A model generated the notes under the pieces. It saw only the letters and a list, made by a program, of their open reading frames with translations. It did not search any database and was not told the DNA's origin. DNA of 62,919 nucleotides, filler included, from Octopus bimaculoides (Eukaryota), in the NCBI RefSeq assembly GCF_001194135.2. It is 4 parts of 4 records of this genome, joined end to end, with 100 filler letters (N's around TTAATTAATTAA, not from the genome) between each part and the next. Parts side by side here need not be neighbours in the genome. Positions count along the whole stretch, not along the records: positions 16,975 to 34,413 come from NC_069006.1; positions 34,514 to 50,412 come from NC_068991.1; 2 more parts are not named here. One strand, 5' to 3'. Shown here one piece after another: positions 26,605-39,479 of this stretch (its first letter is position 1; each line of letters begins with the position of its first letter). A program made the translations under genes and the position numbers.

Positions 26605-27904
26605 CTTCACTACGTTCTGAGTTCAAATTCCGCCGAAATCAACTTTGCCTTTCATTCTCTCGGAGTCGGCATCCCTCAATGGTAGGCCACGGGATTGGCG
26701 ATCCTTCGGGCAAGCTCTCCTGCGTCCCCTACTGCGTCTGGGAAGCTTGCACCCGCAGTGACTGGTGCCGCTTGGATGCTCAGTGACAGACCTAGAAAGC
26801 CGAATTGTNNNNNNNNNNNNNNNNNNNNNNNNNNNNNNNNNNNNNNNNNNNNNNNNNNNNNNNNNNNNNNNNNNNNNNNNNNNNNNNNNNNNNNNNNNNN
26901 NNNNNNNNNNNNNNNNNNNNNNNNNNNNNNNNNNNNNNNNNNNNNNNNNNNNNNNNNNNNNNNNNNNNNNNNNNNNNNNNNNNNNNNNNNNNNNNNNNNN
27001 NNNNNNNNNNNNNNNNNNNNNNNNNNNNNNNNNNNNNNNNNNNNNNNNNNNNNNNNNNNNNNNNNNNNNNNNNNNNNNNNNNNNNNNNNNNNNNNNNNNN
27101 NNNNNNNNNNNNNNNNNNNNNNNNNNNNNNNNNNNNNNNNNNNNNNNNNNNNNNNNNNNNNNNNNNNNNNNNNNNNNNNNNNNNNNNNNNNNNNNNNNNN
27201 NNNNNNNNNNNNNNNNNNNNNNNNNNNNNNNNNNNNNNNNNNNNNNNNNNNNNNNNNNNNNNNNNNNNNNNNNNNNNNNNNNNNNNNNNNNNNNNNNNNN
27301 NNNNNNNNNNNNNNNNNNNNNNNNNNNNNNNNNNNNNNNNNNNNNNNNNNNNNNNNNNNNNNNNNNNNNNNNNNNNNNNNNNNNNNNNNNNNNNNNNNNN
27401 NNNNNNNNNNNNNNNNNNNNNNNNNNNNNNNNNNNNNNNNNNNNNNNNNNNNNNNNNNNNNNNNNNNNNNNNNNNNNNNNNNNNNNNNNNNNNNNNNNNN
27501 NNNNNNNNNNNNNNNNNNNNNNNNNNNNNNNNNNNNNNNNNNNNNNNNNNNNNNNNNNNNNNNNNNNNNNNNNNNNNNNNNNNNNNNNNNNNNNNNNNNN
27601 NNNNNNNNNNNNNNNNNNNNNNNNNNNNNNNNNNNNTTATTACATAAAAAAAAAACTGAAAAATCTGTGAAAATACTTAATATTTTATTCAAGAAGTTTT
27701 ATCAATATTTTAGTAATGTTTTGTAATGTAGTGTAAATTAAATCCATAATGAATATATTATGTGATAAACAGAGATTTGTGGTGGTGGTGGTCGTGGTGG
27801 GGGCGGGGATGAATTGCAGTGATATTCTTTTGAAATGGCTTTCTAATTGTCACCGCCAACGACATGAAAAAAAAAACAAAAAAAAACAAACTCCGCAAAT
27901 GTAT

Positions 27905-27949
<45 letters not shown>

Positions 27950-28479
27950 AATATAGTGATTACATCAGTATACACACACACGCACACGTGCGCATATATA
28001 TATATGTATGTATGTATCAAAAGGAATACATTTCTAAACAATTAGACTGCATTTGATATTGTTGGTATAATAAAATCTTTGCTATTAATCGAACATGTCT
28101 GGACCCACCTCCACCCCCTTTATTTCGATCTCCCCTCTCTCTGTTTGTTTGTTTGTGCCCTCCCCCCTCATACACACATGCCTATCGATCTGTCTGTCTG
28201 TATATTTTGTGTTGGGTTCGTTTAAGGGTTTCAGCCATTGGACTGCAACCATGCTGAAGTACCGTCGCTAAGGATTAAGGCGATCATGTCGTCCCCAGTA
28301 TTTATTTCATCGTTGCATATTTGTTGAATGGCTAAGTCGCCATGTAATTAAGATACACATCATAATAAACAATGCGTATGTATGTACACACATACATATG
28401 TACTTGCACACACAGAAACACACACACACGTATGTATGTATTATACACATACATATATATTGCCAAATCCGTCATGAAC

Positions 28480-29330
28480 GTCTCTAGACCGTCACAGTCA
28501 CATCTTCAGGATGAAGTGAGGTTTTATAATAAGCAGAGTCAATGTGATTGGTGTCGGAACTTTAACTTTTAACGTTATCAGTCGGATGATCATTGTTGTT
28601 CATGATTGATGCATGTGGTGTGTTTATATCTTCGCATTGTTCAGTGTTGTAATACTGCCTTCATCATTTTTATCCTATTTGTCTGGGAATTCTCTACAGT
28701 ATAACTATTATTTACTAATGTTTTCTTGTCTACTTTTGTTATCCGCTTTGTGGAGTAATTGCTGGCAGGAGAGTATCGCACTTGAAAGCCAATATAACAG
28801 TTGGAGTCGTTGAGTTTACAACTTTCAGATTAGCAATTCAATTTATAAATCTCATCAACCATTAGGTATTTTGCTCGTTTAAAGACTTGTAGTTCGCTAA
28901 AGTTTTTTTCCCAATAACTTTAGATGCATTTAAAGTATATTATTAGTTTAAATGTAAGAGATCTTGTGTTCCGTTCTGTTTTATGAGCTTTTGATGTGTT
29001 CATCGGTTATTTATTGTATGGTCTATGTATCCTTAATAATAAAAGTCGTATCTGATATAGATATATAGGTAGTTGTACTTATATGTTTATGTTATTCTAG
29101 GAGTTGAGTCTGTTTAGTTTATTAGAATATTTGTTGCTGACAGTTTAATTTTATGCTACAGATTTATCTTGTTTCGTGTTTAGGCTTTTCTCACTCGATA
29201 TTTCGTCGTTATGTTTCCGTATCGTTGTCTCCATCTAACGATCGACATTTCGTCTTGTCTCAGTTGTAAACGAATGTAATATATTCGTTGTTTCCTGTCT
29301 TAATATCAACATCTTGAAATAGATTCGTTT
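28480..29330 (-). mobile_element. putative decayed Penelope-like element remnant
   Basis: Minus-strand VIGKKL and VNSTTP resemble PLE NIGKKF and SYSTTPN. A degenerate CTGAAGA..gac/gtc..GAGACGTT hammerhead-like motif sits at the 3' end (~28480-28512). Boundaries approximate. Confidence 0.3.
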
Positions 29331-29499
29331 TATTGCCATAACTTTTATCTGGAATGATAAATGCAAAGTTAACCTCGGCGAAAATTGGATTCTGAACGTA
29401 ACCCCCCCCCCCCAGAAACAAACACTACAAAATGTGTTTTTATCTGATGCTCTAAAGATTCAGTGACTTAGTCACTCATATACAGAAATATATAACCAC

Positions 29500-29625
29500 T
29501 AATGAAGCGCCATTGACTACAATCATCTGAGTATAGGTAAATGCAACTCTCAATCTCTCTGTTAATTCTTTTAATAAAGAGGTAGCAATTAGTCAGAGGG
29601 TGTTCGATATTGCGGAGCGAACAAG
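29500..29625 (-). mobile_element. CR1/L2-like reverse transcriptase remnant
   Basis: YLFIKRINREIESCIYLYSDDC resembles the RT FLIYINDL..I.LYADD motif. Confidence 0.45.
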
Positions 29626-30439
29626 GAGAACGGTAAAACTCCATCAATGTGTTGTTGCAAACGAAAACTTTAACATAATTCTGGATTCCGCATCTTCTGA
29701 TAATGCTGTTGCTAGTCTCTACAGAGTCCAAGATATTCCCTAAAAGTCTTAGAGCCCATGATTCTTCGTTTCAGATGATGACTTTAGGAGCAAACACTGT
29801 AATGACGGTGTGGTGCTCGTGCATTTTGCACTAAGTTGCAAAGGATCACGAAAATATTGTTATAATTGGAAAAATCATCAATGCCGAATTTAAAGTTATT
29901 ATACTTCTGGTAGATTCCATGGTTGATTTTAAGTGTGTTGTGTTTCTGTGTTGATAATGAGTTTGTCATTAAATATTAGTAAAGTTACCTTATTTAATAT
30001 ACAAATTTTTTAAAAATTCTATATAAAGTGTTACTGTTGTCAGACGAAAGTGCTTTCCCATCCAATTTTATTTTGCAGACTAATTTATAATTCATCGTAA
30101 TGACTCCTTGCTGTAAATGCATGGACAACCAACGAGAAAGTGTTACACATGTGTGGTCAATGTAAACAGATGAGATGTGAAGTTCACAACTTTACTGTGC
30201 ACATTGAAATTTCGGTCTTACTTTGGTTGTCTGGAGTGCGTTCCGTACTTTGCTCAATGAAAAATCTTCTCATAACACACAGATATGCTCACGTATCATA
30301 TCTGTCTATCTATCTGTATAGACAGACACACAAACATGCTCAAGTATATAACAGCGACATACATACGCACGTACATGAGTACTTACATAAACACATGCAT
30401 ACATAAGTCCATACATACAGATAGAAATATATACCAACA

Positions 30440-30720
30440 GGCACTCCGTCGGTTGCGATGATGAGTGTTCCAGTTGAACCGATCGACAGAACAGCCAACT
30501 CATGAAATTAATGTTCAAGTGGCTGAGTATTCCACAGACACGCATGCCCCTGTGGCTAGATTCGTCGTAACACAGGATGTGGCGTGGTTGGCTCTTAGAA
30601 ATACAGTACAACACAGACTGGAATAAAGTATCCTGCTCAAAGACACAACGCTCCACCGGGAATCGAACCCATGACCTTAAGATCGTGAGCCGAGTTCCCT
30701 AACCACTCAGCTACGCGCCT
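30440..30720 (-). mobile_element. SINE with family-B tail but a different tRNA-derived head
   Basis: The first ~110 bp match the family B tail. The head reads gcgcgtagctgagtggttagggaactcggctcacgatcttaaggtcatgggttcgattccc (A and B boxes). Confidence 0.85.
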
Positions 30721-30787
30721 TACACACACACACACAAAACCATACTTACATACATTTACACACAAACACATACATACATAAACGCAC

Positions 30788-30820
<33 letters not shown>

Positions 30821-31326
30821 TAGTTATATAAGTATATGGATAAATCCACCCCCTACACAAACACACACGCGCATAAATATACAAACATAAACACACAGAC
30901 GTAGATAGTACCAAGGACAAATTCTTTTTTTTTTCATGCTTGTTGTGTCATTTCAGTTCACCCCACCCCATTCCCCACTAAAATAGTTGGTTCCATTGTA
31001 ATAACAACAATCCTGGCCCCTCCCCTCATAAATCTATCGACGTGACCTTGTGTTCACGTTAGAATTCAATAATCTTCTCAAACCGTTACTAAATGTCTAC
31101 AATAGATCAGTGATGTCAGGAATTTGTGCTTTATTAGCAGATTTTGTTAATTAAAAATTATTTTCAATTAATTGATTTCCACTAAAATGAAAAACAAATG
31201 AAAAATATTCAAAAAATATTCAAAAGAATTTCTTTTATTAAAAATTGTTTAAAATTGTACCAAACCAACTCACCAAATGTTTCGCAAATGGTTTCAATTT
31301 ATTTTCAAAATTGAAAAATATTAACC

Positions 31327-31363
<37 letters not shown>

Positions 31364-32538
31364 TGTGAGTAAAGATATGCTTTTGTGTAAGGATTCAATT
31401 ATACATCACATGAACAATTATATGGATGAATCTATCTCTTCCTCTGTATGTGTGTGTGTGTGTGAGTGTGACTGTGGTTGAGAAGCTTGCATCCCAACCA
31501 CACGGTTCCGGGTAAGTGGAACCATGGGTAAGTGTCTTCTATTATAGTCCTGGGACAACCAAAGCCATGTGAGAGGATATGGTAGACACACACACACATA
31601 CATATTTATATTCATAAATACATACACGTGTGTGTATATGTATATACCAGTTTTTCTGTGTTTCAAGCTTTAATTAATAGTTCAAATTACATAGAAAAAT
31701 CGTTTATTTATTAAAATATCTCCCATCATGTTCTGTTGTCTGTTGTAATCGTTGTGCCGCAAGTTCAATTCCATGCTTATAGGGCTTTCCTATAAGGTGT
31801 TATCCACCCCTGATTGGAACTCTCCCGTATGACATGTACGCATGCTCAGTGACTTGCTTTAACAGTTGCAATCAGCTGAATGCACATTGCCAGTGACATT
31901 TGACATAATTACCCACACTCTGTGGTCAGGATTCTTTTTTTGGTTTGATGTCGGTATCAAAGGGATAACCAGACACCGGACAATACAGTGAGAGCAGCTT
32001 TCACTCACATCGTGGTATTCGATGCTGTGTACGTGTCTGTCGTGGTAAAATATGCCACTCCTTAACTGTTGCTTTGCTTTGCTTTCATCCGTAGCACGAG
32101 GTAATTATGTCATTATCTGTGAAATTCTGCAACTTACAAAGATCTTTAGATCAGGCAATACTTCACCGAGAGGAGATATAAGCTTCTGCTTATTCCTGTC
32201 TGAAGTATCGTCCGATACTTCAGACTTATCGTCCGATGAATTTACTTTGTTGACATTCTTCATTGACAGAATTTTTATTCNNNNNNNNNNNNNNNNNNNN
32301 NNNNNNNNNNNNNNNNNNNNNNNNNNNNNNNNNNNNNNNNNNNNNNNNNNNNNNNNNNNNNNNNNNNNNNNNNNNNNNNNNNNNNNNNNNNNNNNNNNNN
32401 NNNNNNNNNNNNNNNNNNNNNNNNNNNNNNNNNNNNNNNNNNNNNNNNNNNNNNNNNNNNNNNNNNNNNNNNNNNNNNNNNNNNNNNNNNNNNNNNNNNN
32501 NNNNNNNNNNNNNNNNNNNNNNNNNNNNNNNNNNNNNN

Positions 32539-32870
32539 GGAACAGACTGCTCGTGAAATTAACGTGCAAATGGCTGAGCACTCCACAGACACGTGTACCC
32601 TTAACGTAGTTCTCGGGGATATTCAGCGTGACACAGAGTGTGACGAGGCTGACCCCTTTGAATTACAGGCACAACAGAAACAGGAAGTAAGAGTGAGAGA
32701 AAGTTGTGGTGAAAGATTACAGCAGGTTTCGCCACCATCCCCTGCTGGAGCCTCGTGGAGCTTAAGGTGTTTTCGCTAAATAAACACTCACAACCCCCGG
32801 TATGGGAATCGAAACCGCGATCCTATGACCGCGAGTCCGCTGCCCTAACCACTGGGCCATTGCGCCTCCA
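32539..32870 (-). mobile_element. SINE family B, tail lost in gap
   Basis: Colinear with 44076-44463, including the tRNA-like head. Confidence 0.92.
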
Positions 32871-33046
32871 TGCTACCCTCCACTCGTTATTAAATCTGTA
32901 AAATAAAGAACAAGCAATCAATGATTATATCTTATAAATGAAAATAAAGAATAAAAAATTCAGCAACTTTTCAATAAGTTGTATCAAATTATTGATATAA
33001 CATTGAGATACACACACTACAAATACACACATACCTATACACACAG

Positions 33047-33106
<60 letters not shown>

Positions 33107-33254
33107 TCATACCTGTACGTATATATATATATATGTATATATATTTATGTATATGCATGTATTTATATATTTATGTGTGTATATATATATATATATATAT
33201 TCGTGTATACATACATGTATATGTATGTATGTAAGCACCTATAAGTGAATGCTT

Positions 33255-33400
33255 GTCGTCTAGTGGCTTAGTGGTTAGGGTGTTGCATTCACAATCCCGA
33301 GATCGTGGTTTCAATACTTGGAGCGGTAGGAGTGCGTTGTGTTCTTGTGCAAAACAATTTTCATTTCCTGTTGCCCCACGTGTGACGTACCGTTCACTTG
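33255..33400 (+). mobile_element. tRNA-derived SINE head (separate family), diverged
   Basis: A box TGGCTTAGTGG and B-box-like GGTTTCAATAC, followed by gtgttcttgtgcaaaaca-tttcattt, which is also seen near 53915-53945. Confidence 0.65.
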
Positions 33401-33535
33401 CACAGGTGATGTTTAATTTGAAGAAGAGGCTACAGTAGAAACCTAGGAACGCCAACTCAGCTGTACAGGTTGCTCAGCAAGATATTGCGGAATTCCTATC
33501 TGTCGTCTACGACAGGAGAGTACATGGATATGTGT

Positions 33536-33627
33536 GTTATTTCTTTACTACCCACAAGGGGCTACGCACAGAGGGGGCAAACAAGGACAGGCAAACGGAT
33601 TAAGTCGATTATATCGACCCCAGTGCG
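33536..33627 (-). mobile_element. SINE family C, 3' part (rest in gap)
   Basis: Reverse complement of 57385-57475. Confidence 0.9.
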
Positions 33628-33727
33628 NNNNNNNNNNNNNNNNNNNNNNNNNNNNNNNNNNNNNNNNNNNNNNNNNNNNNNNNNNNNNNNNNNNNNNNNN
33701 NNNNNNNNNNNNNNNNNNNNNNNNNNN

Positions 33728-33919
33728 CTGTCTTTGTCGAGTTCAAAATAAGAAATGATAAAAATTCAAAATTATAGGAATTCAAATTTAAAGTATGAAC
33801 GAGAACAACCAGCGTCCACACGTTGATGGAATGACATCCATGTGTGGACGCTGGTTGTTCTCGTTCATACATTAAATTTGAATTCTTATAATTTCTTATT
33901 TTGAACTCGACAAACACAG
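33728..33919. repeat. foldback: ~78-bp inverted arms, 20-nt loop
   Basis: 33728-33821 pairs with 33842-33919; the left arm has a 16-bp extra segment. Confidence 0.95.
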
Positions 33920-33988
33920 GCTTACTGTCGAAATATCGTTCAACCAATAAAATGTCTATTACTATCGCATCACTCTCTTCGTCTTGTC

Positions 33989-34018
<30 letters not shown>

Positions 34019-34020
<2 letters not shown>

Positions 34021-34258
34021 GATAGGTGAATTGACAGAATCGTCTGAGCGTTGGGCAAAATGCTTTGCGATATTTGTTCCGACTCATTGCATTCTGAGTT
34101 CAAATCCAGCCAAGGTTGACTTTATCTCTCATCCCGCCGCGAGTGAGAAAATATACTACCGGCTATGTACTGGGGTCGATGTAATGAATCAGCCCCACTC
34201 CACCCCACACACCAATATTTCAGGGTTTGTGCCTACAGTAGAAATAAATTATTATTAT
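34019..34258 (+). mobile_element. SINE family C (C2 tail), diverged
   Basis: ttctgagttcaaatcc..ggttgacttt..actggggtcgatgtaat..atttcagggtttgtgcct..attattatt. Confidence 0.8.
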
Positions 34259-35664
34259 TGTTAGTTTTGGAATTTAATGCTATTCGACATTTAGGAGGGG
34301 GTTGGCGCCATGTTCCACCTGTCCCAGCCCCACCCTAAAGCTGATGAAAGCAATAACTTTACATCGATAGCCAATGTCTAAACAACCAATCAAAACAAGC
34401 GTCCCCCCCCCCCNNNNNNNNNNNNNNNNNNNNNNNNNNNNNNNNNNNNNNNNNNNNTTAATTAATTAANNNNNNNNNNNNNNNNNNNNNNNNNNNNNNN
34501 NNNNNNNNNNNNNAGATAAAACATCTTATTGAATCTGATAACATTTTTATAACAAATCATACCATTCTTATTGAGGAGGCTAAATGTCAACAATGTGTTG
34601 AAGTATTGAATCAAAAGGATCTAACTCTTTTAATCCAATCTATTGTTGCCACCTAAACTCAATTTTTTAGTGGAGAGATAACCCAATTCTTTAATGGCAA
34701 TTTTTAATGGGGGTGAGATAACCAAAAAGTACCTAGAGTTGTGTGTGTGTTTGTAATGTTTTCTTTTCTGTGTATGTGTGTATGTTTGTGATGTTTTCTA
34801 TTGTATTTGTGTGTGAGTGTACGTGTATGTGTATGTGTGTGTTTCTTGGTGTGCAATTCACCGGCGCGTTTTATCCAGCGTTTGACCTCCTCCATATATA
34901 CACCTGTAATATATGGCTATCCAAATATTGGATGTGCTCTAAATTTTCCACTAAATGTCCATATGCCCAAATTGTAGAAACAAAGTCCTACTTGTTGAAT
35001 GTTTACTGACGGAAGATCTGAGTTTTACATACGTTGAGAGTGAGACTCAAGCTTTCATATTCGCCAGTCAAAGCGTCAACAATTGTCTGTAGCTCTACTG
35101 AGGTTTAGTTAGCAATGTAGCCGTCTGCCAGGTTCGAATAACTTGCTATCTCTGTTGGATGAGATTTAGATACCTTGTAGGTGTTTGCTCAAAGTGAACT
35201 CGCGCACGGCTGAACGGAAGCTGGAAAAGTGTGCAGGGGGTGATTACGCATCCCTGTCTAACTTCATGTCTCATTTAAAGCTGTTTTGTTGTTGAAGATT
35301 GAACACTGGCACCGCATTTTGGATTCCATTATGACGCGCAGAAATCATGGATCTAGTTTTTTTCATTCGCAAAATATGCATTTTTTAAAAGGGAGTAAAA
35401 AATCTGAAAATTGGCTATAATAATGTAGTCTTCCAGTCTCATTGCTATGAAGGTATGATGTTGCAGAGAAAAAAATTGGGGAAAAGGGTTACAAAGGTTT
35501 AAAGATTGGTAAAAACGCTGTATTTTTAGCCAATATCGAGATAGAAGACACACTCACAAACATAAACACACTGGGTACGAGAGAAATTTTAGTACATTTA
35601 ACTATCACCATATTACTTTCTTCAAGCTAATTAAAAGGATTTTTTTTTAAATTTCAGATCTTTC

Positions 35665-36432
35665 ATGGCAGATAAAATGTTAACACAAGGAATGAAAAGA
35701 CATTCAATCATTGTTGTTATATGTGCGGTACACAGCGATTTAGAAATTGTCAACTTCCTAAATATTGAAAGATCTTTTGTACACAAAGTTTGGATGGAAT
35801 TGGAAACTTCTGGTGGAAATGTTTCGACTGTATCAAAGAGAAATAAATTAAACATCTTATTGAATCTGATAACATTTTTATAATAAATAATACCATGCTA
35901 TAGGTGCAGGAGTGGCTGTGTGGTAAGTAGCTTGCTTACCAACCGCGTGGTTCCGGGTTCATTCCCACTGCGTGGCACTACAAGGACATCGTAGTGCATT
36001 CATCTGGCTCAAAACATTATCTATGATGATCATAGAAAATCAATGAAGGCCGTCACCAAAGAACTTCAAATGTTGGAGTAGACTATCAGAACTGTGGTAC
36101 GTAACGACATTCGATACAATTCGTATGTACTGAATAGAGACCAATTCATGTCTGCAAAGGCATAGGAAATCCATCTGATCTGTGACAAGTGGTTACTTAG
36201 CAAGGTTAAAATCCCTCACGAATATAGCATGTTTTGGTTCTTCTCTAATGAGAAAAATTTCAGCAAATTCTCAAAGTTTCGCAGAAAAAAAAATGATAGA
36301 TGATTGTCAGCAGATCCTTCTGATATCCCTAGAATGATGCGCGCTAAGTTTCAAGCATCTCTGATAGTCAGTAACGAAGGTCATGTTATGTCACCTCTCA
36401 TCTTTCCACAGAGCCTGAGAATTAATGCTTGC
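35665..36432 (+). mobile_element. DD37D (maT)-like Tc1/mariner transposase pseudogene, interrupted at 35850-35978
   Basis: MADKMLTQGMKRHSIIVVICAVHSDLEIVNFLNIERSFVHKV, then after the insertion KSMKAVTKEL..TIRTVVRNDIRYNSYV..DQFMS..WFFSNEKNF..VSNEGHVMSPLIFPQSLRINA. This resembles maT/DD37D transposases as I recall them; stops are present. Confidence 0.75.
35902..35978 (+). mobile_element. SINE family A, tRNA-like head only
   Basis: aggtgcaggagtggctgtgtggtaagtagcttgcttaccaacc..gggttcattcccactgcgtggcac matches 51119-51195. Confidence 0.9.
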
Positions 36433-37426
36433 ATCCTACTGTCTATTTAAGGATTTCCTGTATCCTTTCAGTTACTATCTAAAATACTTTTTTTCTGCTG
36501 CCTGTTTGGAAAATTATTTTACTCAATTGCTATTTAATAAATTCGTTGTATTCTGCAGCCGAATTACGTATTTATTGTATCTGGCCGCCGTTTAATATAT
36601 TTATTATTTTCTGCTATCTATTAGCGAACTTACCGTATCTCACTACTATTTAAAATATCTATCGTACCCCTGCTGCTGCTATGTAATAAAATTGTATCTT
36701 GCTGCGTGAGTATTTGTTCACTGATACAAAATCTTAGTAGTGTCGCGTATTTTCGTATGTGATAAAAACAAAAAAGAGAGAAGAGAGAAATCAAAACCAT
36801 AATTGAGATCTCAAATAACGAACAGCTACCAACATGATCGATTAAAATTAATATCAGCAATGGTAGAACCGAACATCCGTTTTTTTTTTATCTCGCAGTA
36901 TGCTATAAATAAATAAACAAATGAATGAATGAATAAATAACTAAATGAATAAATAGATAAATAAAAACAACATTATCCGGGTTTTATCGTGTAATGATAA
37001 TAATCTAAAAACTATCTCTGACTCAATCAATAAGTTAGTTCCAATGTTCTCTCAGTGTGGTATATATANNNNNNNNNNNNNNNNNNNNNNNNNNNNNNNN
37101 NNNNNNNNNNNNNNNNNNNNNNNNNNNNNNNNNNNNNNNNNNNNNNNNNNNNNNNNNNNNNNNNNNNNNNNNNNNNNNNNNNNNNNNNNNNNNNNNNNNN
37201 NNNNNNNNNNNNNNNNNNNNNNNNNNNNNNNNNNNNNNNNNNNNNNNNNNNNNNNNNNNNNNNNNNNNNNCTTATTTTGGAATTAAAATAAAAATGCTTT
37301 TTATTTTTGTGTTTTGTTTGACTATGTCTTTTTTACCCTACGAAGTCTTAGCTGCTGCCCCACAGTTTACTTATGGCATGTATACACACGTATGCACACA
37401 GATACAGACACACAGAGGCACAGACA

Positions 37427-37468
<42 letters not shown>

Positions 37469-37920
37469 CTCTCTCTCTCTCTCTCTCTCTCCCACACGCA
37501 CACATGCACACATACTCTCTCTCTCACACACACGTACTCACACACACTCTCTTTCTCTCTTTCTCTATCACACACACTCTTTCTCTCTTTCTCTATCACA
37601 CACACTCTCTCTCTCTCACTTTCTCTATCACACACACTCTCTCTCTCTTCCTCTATCACACACACACACATTCTCTCACACACATACACACGCACTCACA
37701 CACATGCATACACATACATACACGCTCACACATATACAGGACATGCATCTAAACATAGCAAAAGCTTACACATACATAAATATACAGACACACACACATA
37801 TAGAAAACTTCATCGCACTTCAGTTTCCCTCTTAAACATTATAAACACGCAACGGAGGTCTTCGCGATTGCTCCAAACGCTAGTCTCCCCTTTCACTGAC
37901 GATCTCTTCCGACTAACGCG

Positions 37921-38063
37921 CATCCTTAACGAGACAAAGACAGCATCTCAAAGACTGGCCTTTCTCTTCAGATCCAGAAAATATTCCAATCTCCAACAGC
38001 TACTAATTCTCTACAGAGCTCAGGAAAAAAACCACAATGAGGTACTGTTCTCGCATCTGTGAT
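37921..38063 (+). mobile_element. CR1/L2-group LINE RT C-terminal fragment
   Basis: KTASQRLAFLFRSRKYSNLQQLLILYRAQ, then frameshifted KPTMRYCSRI; resembles the ..LY.A.VRP.MEYCS..W motif. Confidence 0.65.
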
Positions 38064-39258
38064 AAAATTAAAGCTATGCATATGTATGATGGACTCTCCC
38101 GTCCAAGGCGACACATGAGCGTTCAGCTTTTGCTGAACGGCCAGCACAAATGATCTGTTTATAATGATCAAATGTTCGTACCGCACATTAGCTCACTCTC
38201 TCCATCAAATCGACGTTGCCTGAACAGAGCACTGTATACCACGCGTCAGGTGTGGAAGTGATCGCAGAGTAACGTGAGATGAATCGATAAATCAAATAAA
38301 ACACTGAGGTCGATGTAATCGATTAGTCCCCTCCCCACAAATTTCAGGCCCTGTGCCTTTAGTAGAAAGGATTATTATTGCAGTTGTTGTTGTTATTTTA
38401 TATATATATATATATATATATNNNNNNNNNNNNNNNNNNNNNNNNNNNNNNNNNNNNNNNNNNNNNNNNNNNNNNNNNNNNNNNNNNNNNNNNNNNNNNN
38501 NNNNNNNNNNNNNNNNNNNNNNNNNNNNNNNNNNNNNNNNNNNNNNNNNNNNNNNNNNNNNNNNNNNNNNNNNNNNNNNNNNNNNNNNNNNNNNNNNNNN
38601 NNNNNNNNNNNNNNNNNNNNNNNNNNNNNNNNNNNNNNNNNNNNNNNNNNNNNNNNNNNNNNNNNNNNNNNNNNNNNNNNNNNNNNNNNNNNNNNNNNNN
38701 NNNNNNNNNNNNNNNNNNNNNNNNNNNNNNNNNNNNNNNNNNNNNNNNNNNNNNNNNNNNNNNNNNNNNNNNNNNNNNNNNNNNNNNNNNNNNNNNNNNN
38801 NNNNNNNNNNNNNNNNNNNNNNNNNNNNNNNNNNNNNNNNNNNNNNNNNNNNNNNNNNNNNNNNNNNNNNNNNNNNNNNNNNNNNNNNNNNNNNNNNNNN
38901 NNNNNNNNNNNNNNGGATCAATTACGAGGTCCACAACATTGTAACAAACAGCAGAAAGTCGGACAAACATCAAGGAAGGGGGATACCAAAATGGCCGCTC
39001 ATCTTTTGGAGAAACATCGGCTAAATCCCCCTCAAATCTCTCTTTTCCGTCTCCAACAAAGACGGACAGAATCTGTTCAATTTGGCGCACAGATATTTTA
39101 ATCAATTTTTTTTTAACCAAACATTTTGAAATTTCTTATACTAGTGGAATATCTCACGAAGAACACGGTTTGCCTTGAACATTTTTGACAAAATTTCGTA
39201 TTTTAGAAGTTATTTCGCGTTAAAGTTGTATTTGGGTAATTTTAGCCAATCAAAGACG

Positions 39259-39444
39259 TTTGTCCCCCAACATCGCTTGACAACCAATGTTGGTGTGCTT
39301 ACGCGCCCGTAACTTAGCGGTTCGACAAAAGATATCGATAGAATAAATACTAGGCTTACAAAGAATAAGTCCTGCGGTCGATTTGCTCGACTAAAGGCGG
39401 CGCACCAGTATGGCCGCAGTCAAATGACTGAAACAAATAAAAGA

Positions 39445-39446
<2 letters not shown>
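39259..39446 (+). mobile_element. SINE family A, 3' half
   Basis: Starts at tttgtcccccaacatcgcttgacaacc, just after the internal microsatellite position of full copies. Confidence 0.92.
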
Positions 39447-39479
<33 letters not shown>

